DNA from: a phage
Assembly (NCBI GenBank): GCA_018175075.1
Contig: GCA_018175075.1_4100.1
Direction: 5' to 3' (one strand)
Length of the DNA: 64,000 nt
Shown: positions 56,239-63,873 of the stretch, in pieces
Layout: every line of letters begins with the position of its first letter
Numbering within the stretch: the stretch's first letter is position 1
The notes under the pieces: generated by a model
What the model was told of the DNA's origin: nothing
Database searches by the model: none
Seen by the model: only the letters and a program-made list of their open reading frames with translations
Translations under genes and position numbers: made by a program

Positions 56239-56562
56239 ATGGCTATGATCCTTGCCCAGAAAGTAGAATTGAAAATTGTAACCTCATTTGACATTAACGT
56301 TAATCGGTGGACTGATTCACACGGCAATACTTACCACTCTTGCTACGTGTCTGCGTTAATTGGCGACCGCTGGGAAGACCTGGGACATGAAACCTTTACA
56401 TACGGTTACGGCACACAAGGCGAATACACGGGCTTGGAGATCATTAAAGAAACCGTTATAGGTTTCAACCCGAAAGAAAAAGTTATTCACCAAATCGAAA
56501 AAGAGATTAACAAAGAAATAACAGTTCGATACAACGATGTAAAACGTAAGAAAGACATGTAA
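56239..56562 (+). CDS. hypothetical protein (paralog of 49417 gene)
   Basis: 107 aa. Confidence 0.6.
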   Translation: MAMILAQKVELKIVTSFDINVNRWTDSHGNTYHSCYVSALIGDRWEDLGHETFTYGYGTQGEYTGLEIIKETVIGFNPKEKVIHQIEKEINKEITVRYNDVKRKKDM

Positions 56563-56584
56563 TAGAATCCATTTAAAGTACTAT

Positions 56585-56613
56585 TTGACATTGCCCAGAT
56601 AGTACTTTATAAT
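56585..56613 (+). promoter_or_regulatory. sigma70-like promoter TTGACA/17/TATAAT
   Basis: hexamers read directly. Confidence 0.5.
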
Positions 56614-56657
56614 AGACTCTAACTTGTAGTACTAACTTAACTAATAGGATGTATACC

Positions 56658-57053
56658 ATGATTACTAAATTCTACGCTACCCGTGAAGCTGCCCGTATTG
56701 TTGCACGCGAGGAAGGAGCAGCATTTAAAGACATGGGCAAAGATGCACCGAAAGGCCAACGCTGGGCCGTACAGTTCAAAGAGATCTCTGATATTGTGAA
56801 TTCACCTGAGCCAGTACTAACAGCAGCAGAACTAAAACGAGCGGATATGCTGGCGGCAATACTTGACGCACAAGATGAGTTTATCGCTGGTTCTGATATC
56901 AAAGTACAGGTAAACCACACCGCATGGACTCACGCGGATCACCTGGCAAACCTTAAGCGTCCAAGTGAACTGATTCGCAACCAGAAAGAGATCCGACATG
57001 ATCGTAAGGGTAATCGTGTAACAGTATACAGTAAACGCCGCCAGGTTATCTAA
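56658..57053 (+). CDS. hypothetical protein (paralog of 43382 gene)
   Basis: ATG 56658 with AGGA RBS (56649 also possible). Confidence 0.55.
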   Translation: MITKFYATREAARIVAREEGAAFKDMGKDAPKGQRWAVQFKEISDIVNSPEPVLTAAELKRADMLAAILDAQDEFIAGSDIKVQVNHTAWTHADHLANLKRPSELIRNQKEIRHDRKGNRVTVYSKRRQVI

Positions 57054-57076
57054 TAACTTGCAGTACTAACAACACG

Positions 57077-57100
57077 GCGGGATCAGTTCCCGCCTTTTTT
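57077..57100 (+). terminator. intrinsic terminator
   Basis: GGCGGGA-TCAG-TTCCCGCC + T6. Confidence 0.7.
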
Positions 57101-57114
57101 ATAGGACAAACAAA

Positions 57115-57369
57115 ATGATTAAGGTTCAACTATATAAAGATAACATCTTACGGGTACACTATAAAGCACCTCAGAGAATCATCACAAAGGCCGTACAGCT
57201 TGCTAATGAGTTTATTAATGGTAACCTATTACCTAGGAAGTTAAGCAACGGGAAACTGCGTGTAATCGACGTGGACACTAACAACAGGATAGTAATCGAG
57301 AACACAGGAAAGATAAACCTTTATGAGCATCAACAATACAATAAGAAAATAAAACTAATATCACGTTGA
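57115..57369 (+). CDS. hypothetical protein
   Basis: 84 aa, AGGA RBS. Confidence 0.55.
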   Translation: MIKVQLYKDNILRVHYKAPQRIITKAVQLANEFINGNLLPRKLSNGKLRVIDVDTNNRIVIENTGKINLYEHQQYNKKIKLISR

Positions 57370-57394
57370 CAGTACTCAAATGTTTTAGTACTAT
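57366..57394 (+). promoter_or_regulatory. sigma70-like promoter TTGACA/17/TACTAT (duplicated at 57643)
   Basis: ~55-bp block repeated before two adjacent genes. Confidence 0.45.
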
Positions 57395-57422
57395 GTACAC
57401 ATACCAACACGGGAGAAACAAA

Positions 57423-57641
57423 ATGAAATTATCTAAAATCGAAAAGAAAACTATTGATGAAGCAGTTAAGCACGGTTATACCTTTCGTAATGATTCACAT
57501 TTTACCAATTTTCAACAAGGGTATCGTACTATTAAAAAACTAATTGACAAAGGTTTATTAGTTGAAGTCAATAACGGTAACGGTATCGAGTATCAACCAA
57601 CACAAGACGCATTTTATTTTAAGAAATATAATATTATCTAA
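57423..57641 (+). CDS. hypothetical protein
   Basis: 72 aa from ATG 57423 with GGGAGA RBS. Confidence 0.55.
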   Translation: MKLSKIEKKTIDEAVKHGYTFRNDSHFTNFQQGYRTIKKLIDKGLLVEVNNGNGIEYQPTQDAFYFKKYNII

Positions 57642-57642
57642 T

Positions 57643-57670
57643 TGACAGTACTCAAATGTTTTAGTACTAT
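57643..57670 (+). promoter_or_regulatory. sigma70-like promoter TTGACA/16/TACTAT
   Basis: duplicate of 57366 block. Confidence 0.45.
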
Positions 57671-57699
57671 ATGTACATACCAACACGGGGAGAAACAAA

Positions 57700-57942
57700 A
57701 TGATTACTTTAGAAAAACGTATCAAAGAAACTACATCGCTGGTGGAACTGTTAACAGTACTGAAATGTAAAACAACACCATTCAGCACGCCGGACTTTAT
57801 TAATATGGTTGATGTTAATGGTCGCTATCGTATCACGGTCGTGAATGGTGCGGCGAAAGTATTCAGTACTAAAAACACTAAGGAAGTGATCCACGCCGTT
57901 AATGTTAAAAAAGTAGTTGCCATTGATAGTAAAGTACTGTAA
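57700..57942 (+). CDS. hypothetical protein
   Basis: 80 aa, GGGGAGA RBS. Confidence 0.55.
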   Translation: MITLEKRIKETTSLVELLTVLKCKTTPFSTPDFINMVDVNGRYRITVVNGAAKVFSTKNTKEVIHAVNVKKVVAIDSKVL

Positions 57943-57973
57943 GATAGTTTCATTAACTCAAGGAGTAAATGCA

Positions 57974-58558
57974 ATGCGTAATTATACTAAATTCATCCGT
58001 ACACTGTCAGAAATGGAAACCAACAAAGAGATCCTTTCAGCTTGTCGGTTAGCTGGCCTGGAGATCATCGGGGCGGGATCTTCCCGTATAGTTTTCGCTT
58101 TAAATGATCGGTTAGTGATTAAGGTCGCGAATTGTGATGCGGGTGTAGAACAAAATGAAACTGAATGTAAGGTATGGAATTTTTTAGACTATGACCGCCC
58201 TCAGTTGAAACAGTACTTTGCAAAGGTGCATATGCATTTATGCGATCCTGATAATATGTTTATCGTTATGGATCGGTTGAGTACTGCAAGCAAAGGCAGT
58301 GTGAAGCACGTTAACGCGTGCAATGAATTAAAGTACAATATTAAACGTAATGCAATCGAACGCCAGCACCGCTTTGCTGATGCACTACAACACGTTGATG
58401 ATACATTATCAACACTAACGATAAGAGATATCAGAAAACAGAATATCGGCCAGGATCGTAATGGACTTATTAAAGTACTTGATTACGGTTTAACCCGCAA
58501 TATCTGGAATCAGTACTATAAAAAGCGTGATGTAGCAGCAAGTAAGGTAACACGATAA
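57974..58558 (+). CDS. Ser/Thr protein-kinase-like protein
   Basis: IGAGSSRIV Gly loop, VIKVA lysine, IRDIRKQNIG catalytic loop, KVLDYG DFG-like; AAGGAG RBS. Confidence 0.6.
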   Translation: MRNYTKFIRTLSEMETNKEILSACRLAGLEIIGAGSSRIVFALNDRLVIKVANCDAGVEQNETECKVWNFLDYDRPQLKQYFAKVHMHLCDPDNMFIVMDRLSTASKGSVKHVNACNELKYNIKRNAIERQHRFADALQHVDDTLSTLTIRDIRKQNIGQDRNGLIKVLDYGLTRNIWNQYYKKRDVAASKVTR

Positions 58559-58570
58559 AAAAGATTAAAA

Positions 58571-58606
58571 AAGGGATTGACTCCGGTCAGTCCCTTTGCT
58601 ATTATA
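58571..58606 (+). terminator. intrinsic terminator with embedded promoter hexamers
   Basis: GGGATTGAC-TCCG-GTCAGTCCC + TTTG, then TATTAT. Confidence 0.6.
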
Positions 58607-58698
58607 TATTCATTGAGAGATAACTCACTGACCCATAGGGTGCATAAGTGTATCTATTATATAAGTATTCAGTACTGGAAACTATTTTTAAAAAGTAC

Positions 58699-58760
58699 TT
58701 GCATTGTACTTAGAATCAAGTATAATGTTTTATATCGAGAGGGGGAAATGGTTCTCCCTG
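58699..58760 (+). promoter_or_regulatory. A-type promoter/stem-loop cassette
   Basis: TTGCAT/16/TATAAT + GGGGGAAATGGTTCTCCC. Confidence 0.55.
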
Positions 58761-58780
58761 GTACATTAAGGAATAAAATC

Positions 58781-59002
58781 ATGACTACAATGACTTGCAT
58801 TCACGCTTCAAACCTGCTTAATGATGCGGCCTTTAATGTTGATTCAGAATATCAATGTTATCGGGATGAAAATAAAAAAGTTTTTGTAGTTGATAATAAT
58901 GGTTTCCATATTGAATTACAATCCGGCTTCACTGGTGTTGATGGTAAATCAGTATGGGGCGTACAGGATGATAAAGGTACATATCATTTTAAACGTAATT
59001 AA
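58781..59002 (+). CDS. hypothetical protein
   Basis: 73 aa from ATG 58781 with AAGGAA RBS; long track ORF upstream is cassette read-through. Confidence 0.55.
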   Translation: MTTMTCIHASNLLNDAAFNVDSEYQCYRDENKKVFVVDNNGFHIELQSGFTGVDGKSVWGVQDDKGTYHFKRN

Positions 59003-59005
59003 GTA

Positions 59006-59064
59006 TTGACAAAGTATATCAGTACTGTATAATAGTTTACATCAAGGGGAGAATAGTTCTCCCC
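59006..59064 (+). promoter_or_regulatory. C-type promoter/stem-loop cassette
   Basis: TTGACA/16/TATAAT + GGGGAGAATAGTTCTCCCC. Confidence 0.55.
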
Positions 59065-59088
59065 ACACCAATAAAAGGAAACAAAATT

Positions 59089-59361
59089 ATGTCCAGCTAC
59101 TCCGCTACTATGATCATTAAAGATATGAACGGTAATCCTACTTCTGCTGGTGGATCATTTGGAAACATTAATTTAGATGGTCGGTTATCCATGCAATCAG
59201 CCATTGATGCAGCTAAAGAAGTTTTTAAGAATGAATGTACTGTAAGCAAGCTGGATTATATGGGATTCGCTATCGAGAAAACTAATCGTTTTGTGAACTA
59301 CAAAAAGCCTATGATGATTGATACTAACCTGAAAGCTAACGAAGTGGAATACTTATTATGA
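59089..59361 (+). CDS. hypothetical protein
   Basis: 90 aa, AAAGGAA RBS. Confidence 0.6.
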   Translation: MSSYSATMIIKDMNGNPTSAGGSFGNINLDGRLSMQSAIDAAKEVFKNECTVSKLDYMGFAIEKTNRFVNYKKPMMIDTNLKANEVEYLL

Positions 59362-59549
59362 CAGTAGAAGAAGTTAAAAAAGTACTGGCAGTACTACGCT
59401 ATCATAATCATTGTAAGGTGAAGAATGATCCTGATTATCTTGATTCATCCCTGGAGGAAGACACCTTAAACGCGATAAGCTATATGCAAACATTAGCAAA
59501 GCGTATGACCGAAAAGAATAGGCCGGACTATATAGGAAATAAAATTTAA
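59358..59549 (+). CDS. hypothetical protein
   Basis: 63 aa, ATGA-coupled. Confidence 0.5.
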   Translation: MTVEEVKKVLAVLRYHNHCKVKNDPDYLDSSLEEDTLNAISYMQTLAKRMTEKNRPDYIGNKI

Positions 59550-59556
59550 AAAGTAC

Positions 59557-59618
59557 TTGCATTGTAGTTAGATTAACGTATAATGTTTTATATCGAGAGG
59601 GGGAAATGGTTTCCCCTC
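59557..59618 (+). promoter_or_regulatory. A-type promoter/stem-loop cassette
   Basis: TTGCAT/16/TATAAT + GAGGGGGAAA-TGG-TTTCCCCTC. Confidence 0.55.
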
Positions 59619-59636
59619 AAGTCCAGGAGATACACC

Positions 59637-59900
59637 ATGAACACTATCGAAATCACTATCAATGCACACGTATACGACAACGTAGTACTGCAAACTACTA
59701 TGACCGCTAATGATACCAGTACTTTGCGGAATACTGTTATTAGTGCCGTATGTGCTGCAATCGGTGATGTCGCCCTGGAAAATGCAAAACACGTAAACGA
59801 TGGTTTCACTATGTGCAAACGTGATAACGCAAAACATATCATCGTGGAAGGTTACGGCGGTGTAGAATTTAATGTTTATATGAAAAAAGTACTTGCATAA
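59637..59900 (+). CDS. hypothetical protein
   Basis: 87 aa from ATG 59637 with CAGGAG RBS. Confidence 0.55.
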   Translation: MNTIEITINAHVYDNVVLQTTMTANDTSTLRNTVISAVCAAIGDVALENAKHVNDGFTMCKRDNAKHIIVEGYGGVEFNVYMKKVLA

Positions 59901-59949
59901 TAACTAAAACAAAGTATAATGTTTTGCATAGGGGGAGATATCCTCCCCC
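59893..59949 (+). promoter_or_regulatory. A-type promoter/stem-loop cassette
   Basis: TTGCAT/16/TATAAT + GGGGGAGATATCCTCCCCC; -35 overlaps upstream stop. Confidence 0.55.
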
Positions 59950-59967
59950 ACTAAAAGGAGTAATAAA

Positions 59968-60192
59968 ATGGCTAACTTTGATGAACTGATGCGGGAAGTA
60001 GCTACCCTGGCAGAAGAGAAGAAATCATTCGATTCTATCTATAACACCGCTCACCGTGATTCAGTACTGGCATGTACTCAGGATCAAAAAGATGAACTAA
60101 TCGCCACCTATCATGAAGCATGGAAGTACTACCGCCAATGGGAGAAAGAAGAAAGCGAGTCTACCATCAACGGCATCAATAATCTAATCTAA
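59968..60192 (+). CDS. hypothetical protein
   Basis: 74 aa, AAGGAG RBS. Confidence 0.6.
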   Translation: MANFDELMREVATLAEEKKSFDSIYNTAHRDSVLACTQDQKDELIATYHEAWKYYRQWEKEESESTINGINNLI

Positions 60193-60211
60193 AAGTTTTA
60201 TTTCAGTACTA

Positions 60212-60240
60212 TTGACATAGCTTGATAGTACTGATGTAAT
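60212..60240 (+). promoter_or_regulatory. B-type promoter cassette
   Basis: TTGACA/17/TGTAAT. Confidence 0.5.
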
Positions 60241-60268
60241 AACTTTACTAACTACAAGGGGAAACATC

Positions 60269-60526
60269 ATGGAACAATTCACACAATATCGGGTAAATCC
60301 TCAAGCTATGGCCTACGTAGAAGACCATAAAACGTTACCAGTACTGCAACCAGTTAAAGGCCATATCTATCGTGGCCTTGCCTGGGATACGGCCCAGGAT
60401 GGATATAAAACCGTCGCAGTGGGGATGTATTGCGGGAATGGTGAATGGTTTGATCCTAACAATCCGATTGCACTTGACAGTACTGAAAAAATGAAATGGG
60501 CCGACTACATCGAAGATATTTCATAA
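60269..60526 (+). CDS. hypothetical protein
   Basis: 85 aa, AAGGGGAA RBS. Confidence 0.6.
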   Translation: MEQFTQYRVNPQAMAYVEDHKTLPVLQPVKGHIYRGLAWDTAQDGYKTVAVGMYCGNGEWFDPNNPIALDSTEKMKWADYIEDIS

Positions 60527-60533
60527 AAACTAT

Positions 60534-60594
60534 TTGACAGTACTAACCAGTAATGTATAATGTTTTACATAGAGCGGGGGAATAGTTCTCCCGC
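60534..60594 (+). promoter_or_regulatory. C-type promoter/stem-loop cassette
   Basis: TTGACA/16/TATAAT + GCGGGGGAATAGTTCTCCCGC. Confidence 0.55.
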
Positions 60595-60616
60595 CAATAG
60601 TTTGGAGTAAAACATT

Positions 60617-60817
60617 ATGTCTATCGCTATCGCCCTGGTTGAAGTACTGAAAGAAGCTAAAGCCAACCTTATCGATGTACAGATTAAGGAATTGCAAAAC
60701 GGCTTAATCGGCTGTACTTGTACCGCTGGCGGTGCGGCAGACTATCGAGAACACGAATCACTCGAATCACTGGTTCGGTATCTTACCATGATCGTTGATG
60801 ATTGGAGAATCATCTAA
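60617..60817 (+). CDS. hypothetical protein
   Basis: 66 aa, GGAG RBS. Confidence 0.55.
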   Translation: MSIAIALVEVLKEAKANLIDVQIKELQNGLIGCTCTAGGAADYREHESLESLVRYLTMIVDDWRII

Positions 60818-60835
60818 CAAAAAAAGAATAAAAAA

Positions 60836-60870
60836 AGGGATTGACTCCGGTCAGTCCCTTTGCTATTATA
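60836..60870 (+). terminator. intrinsic terminator with embedded promoter hexamers
   Basis: GGGATTGAC-TCCG-GTCAGTCCC + TTTG, then TATTAT. Confidence 0.6.
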
Positions 60871-60983
60871 TACGCATAGACAAAAACTAGCCCACAGGGT
60901 GCATAAGTGTATCCAAAATATATAGTTAATAACGGTGAGTAACTATCTGCTGGTGGAGTGAAAACTATTAATAAAAAAAAGTA

Positions 60984-61045
60984 TTGACAAAGTATATCAG
61001 TACTGCAATAATGTATCTCGTAGGGCGGCAATGGTGCGACGGCCC
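60984..61045 (+). promoter_or_regulatory. C-type promoter variant
   Basis: TTGACA/16/CAATAAT + imperfect GGGCGGC..GACGGCCC hairpin. Confidence 0.4.
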
Positions 61046-61065
61046 ACAAAGTTAGGAGATTCAAA

Positions 61066-61398
61066 ATGACTACTTCAATCGCTATCGTTAAAGCTTTCAT
61101 CCGTACTAATGTTTCCTCTGTATTCATCGACGGCCTCGACCGTAACGTAGAATACTCAATCATTATCGCACAAACGGCAAACGGTTCTCGGTACATCCTG
61201 AATGATAGTGAAGCAAATCACTACTACTTCACTAAAGCCACTGGCTTTAAACGCATCGATGCTGATGTAGTATACGCTAAGATGAATAAGCTGGTAGACA
61301 AGATTAACGCGAAAGGTACTATCGATTTACAGTACTGGACCGAAACCGATCCAGAATATGGATCTCACCGCTACCTGAATCCAGGTATTAAAATGTAA
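61066..61398 (+). CDS. hypothetical protein
   Basis: 110 aa, AGGAG RBS. Confidence 0.6.
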   Translation: MTTSIAIVKAFIRTNVSSVFIDGLDRNVEYSIIIAQTANGSRYILNDSEANHYYFTKATGFKRIDADVVYAKMNKLVDKINAKGTIDLQYWTETDPEYGSHRYLNPGIKM

Positions 61399-61405
61399 AA
61401 AGTAC

Positions 61406-61468
61406 TTGCATAGTACTTAGAATCAAGTATAATGTTTTACATAGAGAGGGGGAAATGGTTCTCCCTCC
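61406..61468 (+). promoter_or_regulatory. A-type promoter/stem-loop cassette
   Basis: TTGCAT/16/TATAAT + GGGGGAAATGGTTCTCCC. Confidence 0.55.
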
Positions 61469-61487
61469 TACTTTAAGGAGTATTATC

Positions 61488-61889
61488 ATGACCTTCACTA
61501 TCACTTCTTACGCTGACGTTTTAGTACTGGCCCGGACTTTTGGTAAAGCTGGCCTTGAACACGCTGTAAGTAATGGTCATATGCACCCTGAATATTGCCG
61601 CATCATTGGAAGCTGTAAACGTTGGGCCGTGTCCCGTAACATTGAGATTGAAAACTTCAATGACGGTAACAACGAATATACAGTTGATGCAGTATTCGAA
61701 TCCGTTGATCTCGGCGGTATCTATAACACTAACCTGAATGATGTGCGTATCGTTCGCACGGGGTTCGGTGCTTATGATGTATCTATCCGTGAAGCTATGG
61801 ACAAGGGATACATTAGCAAGGACCAGTTAGCTTACATCATGCAGCAAACTAAGGAACGTAACGAAGCACGTACTATCTTAGGGCTGTAA
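61488..61889 (+). CDS. hypothetical protein
   Basis: 133 aa from ATG 61488 with AAGGAG RBS. Confidence 0.6.
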   Translation: MTFTITSYADVLVLARTFGKAGLEHAVSNGHMHPEYCRIIGSCKRWAVSRNIEIENFNDGNNEYTVDAVFESVDLGGIYNTNLNDVRIVRTGFGAYDVSIREAMDKGYISKDQLAYIMQQTKERNEARTILGL

Positions 61890-61957
61890 GCAATACACAT
61901 CACCAAACATCATAGGCCGCTCTCTAGCGGCCTTAACTATATCAGGAGGGCATACAT

Positions 61958-62167
61958 ATGTTCTATACAGTATACAGCGTTCTAGGCACTATTGCAGGCG
62001 TACATGATAACGTCAATGATGCTATGCGTACAGTACTGCAACAGGTTCCACTAAAGCCTAAGACCATTAAGCAGATGACAGCACGACTAACCAGGGCGAC
62101 CGATGGCGTGGAAGTATGGCAGGACTACGGGGATACACAGATAATCGTTAGCGTAACGAAGGATTAA
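61958..62167 (+). CDS. hypothetical protein
   Basis: 69 aa, CAGGAGGG RBS; preceded by hairpin AGGCCGCTCTCTAGCGGCCT. Confidence 0.55.
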   Translation: MFYTVYSVLGTIAGVHDNVNDAMRTVLQQVPLKPKTIKQMTARLTRATDGVEVWQDYGDTQIIVSVTKD

Positions 62168-62195
62168 TGCGTAAAGGGATCTAGTACTGATTCAG

Positions 62196-62261
62196 AAAAA
62201 AGTCAAGGCGTTTTTAAAATTATGCGTTAAAAAAATGCATAGGTAATCCCTTGACTTTTTT
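62196..62261. repeat. perfect 13-bp inverted repeat with 40-nt spacer (bidirectional terminator-like)
   Basis: AAAAAAGTCAAGG .. CCTTGACTTTTTT. Confidence 0.5.
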
Positions 62262-62416
62262 GAAATAAAAGGGATTGGACTATGGCAAAATGCGTAGGGG
62301 GCTAAAGGGCGGGTAACCTTAGCGACTTCGATAAAGGGGTATTACGAATAAAATGTTATTGACTTTTTATATGAATCGTATAAAATATGATTGATATTAA
62401 TTTTAAGGGAGTCCCT

Positions 62417-62614
62417 ATGCGTATTTTAACTAAAGAACAGCACCACGAAAGACTTATCAATAACATGGCTATGATAATGTATAAGTCCCATGACCGTGGT
62501 ATTGCCTATAAGCGTGAATTAATTATGGCACTATTCATTGGAACTAACTTTCAGGAAAGGTATGTCAACGATTGGATTTGGTATTTAATTGAAGATATAA
62601 CGAGTAAACTATGA
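62417..62614 (+). CDS. small protein, tandem family Q (Q1)
   Basis: ATG 62417 with AAGGGAG RBS; motif IGTNFQERYV. Confidence 0.5.
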   Translation: MRILTKEQHHERLINNMAMIMYKSHDRGIAYKRELIMALFIGTNFQERYVNDWIWYLIEDITSKL

Positions 62615-62811
62615 AAATGCGTATTTTAAATAAAGAAGAATATCAATCACTGTTACGTAAAAACTACGTAAAGATTTACAACACAGACACACATGTAGAA
62701 CGAATGGAGTTATACCTTTTGATTACATTGGGAACAAACTATCAGGGTAGATGGGTGTGGCAATATATGGATACATTGAAAAATAAAATATTGTCCACGA
62801 GGAAACAATGA
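62611..62811 (+). CDS. small protein, family Q (Q2)
   Basis: 66 aa, ATGA-coupled; LGTNYQGRWV. Confidence 0.5.
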   Translation: MKMRILNKEEYQSLLRKNYVKIYNTDTHVERMELYLLITLGTNYQGRWVWQYMDTLKNKILSTRKQ

Positions 62812-63017
62812 AAACTATAACACGAACCCAATCATACGGTCTTATCTTGAAATACATGGACTTAATGGTGGATATCAGCAAAGACCTGCCTAAAACTGAA
62901 ATTGAAGTTGCAAGAGCAGAGATCCGCATGTTGGCTGTACTGAACACAAACCATCAGGAAGAGTATGTTCAAGATTGGATTCGATTTTTAATAGAAGATA
63001 TTAAGAGTAAACTATGA
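62808..63017 (+). CDS. small protein, family Q (Q3)
   Basis: 69 aa, coupled; LNTNHQEEYV. Confidence 0.5.
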   Translation: MKTITRTQSYGLILKYMDLMVDISKDLPKTEIEVARAEIRMLAVLNTNHQEEYVQDWIRFLIEDIKSKL

Positions 63018-63226
63018 TTATATTAACACCTGAAGAATATAAGAAACGTTTTAAATCTGTCCAGGCTGAAATATTACTTATATACCTTTCAAATGCAGAT
63101 CTTAACTTATCAAGGGTAATGGAGAAGGATTTACTTATGGGTGCATTTTTGGATACAGACTTTCAGGAGTATTATGTAGGAGAATACTTTATTGCACTTC
63201 AGAACCACATTAAGAGTAAACTATGA
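63014..63226 (+). CDS. small protein, family Q (Q4)
   Basis: 70 aa, coupled; LDTDFQEYYV. Confidence 0.5.
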   Translation: MIILTPEEYKKRFKSVQAEILLIYLSNADLNLSRVMEKDLLMGAFLDTDFQEYYVGEYFIALQNHIKSKL

Positions 63227-63438
63227 TTATTCTAGAAAAATCATATCAATATACTGAACGCATCGCTGCCAGACAACTTGAAATCCTCATAATATACGAA
63301 GAGACTTCTGATTTAAACTTAGCCGAGGTATTGGAAAATGAAATACTTTTGGGTGCATTCTTGGGAACAGACTATCAGGAGTATTATGAGGAAAAGTATT
63401 TGTCATCTCTTGAGAAATACGTCAGGAGCAAACTATGA
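63223..63438 (+). CDS. small protein, family Q (Q5)
   Basis: 71 aa, coupled; near-paralog of Q4. Confidence 0.5.
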   Translation: MIILEKSYQYTERIAARQLEILIIYEETSDLNLAEVLENEILLGAFLGTDYQEYYEEKYLSSLEKYVRSKL

Positions 63439-63662
63439 AACATTTAAGTAATATAGAGAAGAATAAAATTATCATTGCTGTAATAAACAAATATTTTACA
63501 CTTCCACAAAAAGAATGTTTATCTATAAGGGAACACAGGATAAACACCACCGAGATTCGCATGTTGGCTGTACTGGGGACTAACTTCCAAGAAGGCTATG
63601 TTCATGAGCACATCGTTGCACTCACTAATTACATAATGGACAAATGTAATGAACATCATTAA
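63435..63662 (+). CDS. small protein, family Q (Q6)
   Basis: 75 aa, coupled; LGTNFQEGYV. Confidence 0.5.
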   Translation: MKHLSNIEKNKIIIAVINKYFTLPQKECLSIREHRINTTEIRMLAVLGTNFQEGYVHEHIVALTNYIMDKCNEHH

Positions 63663-63873
63663 TAACTTTGAATACGAGGCCCGTGCTAAGAGTGCCAGAA
63701 AAAAAGAGAACACCATTTACTTCACTATGATGTACTTACAATGGACTGAAATTGAAGAAAAGGTTGCTGAAGTATGGATGTTGGAATTCATGGGGACGCA
63801 GTATCAGAATAGGTTTGCGGGTGAGTATATCAATGTTCTTATGAAACAAATAGAAAGAAAGGAAAAGAACTAA
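63649..63873 (+). CDS. small protein, family Q (Q7)
   Basis: 74 aa; MGTQYQNRF. Confidence 0.5.
   Translation: MNIINNFEYEARAKSARKKENTIYFTMMYLQWTEIEEKVAEVWMLEFMGTQYQNRFAGEYINVLMKQIERKEKN

Noticed and set aside
42508-61470. CRISPR array, considered because a ~60-bp unit is reiterated
   Set aside because: The repeated units are promoter/stem-loop cassettes of different types, the intervening segments are 200-600-bp genes with RBS, spacing is irregular, and no cas genes are present.
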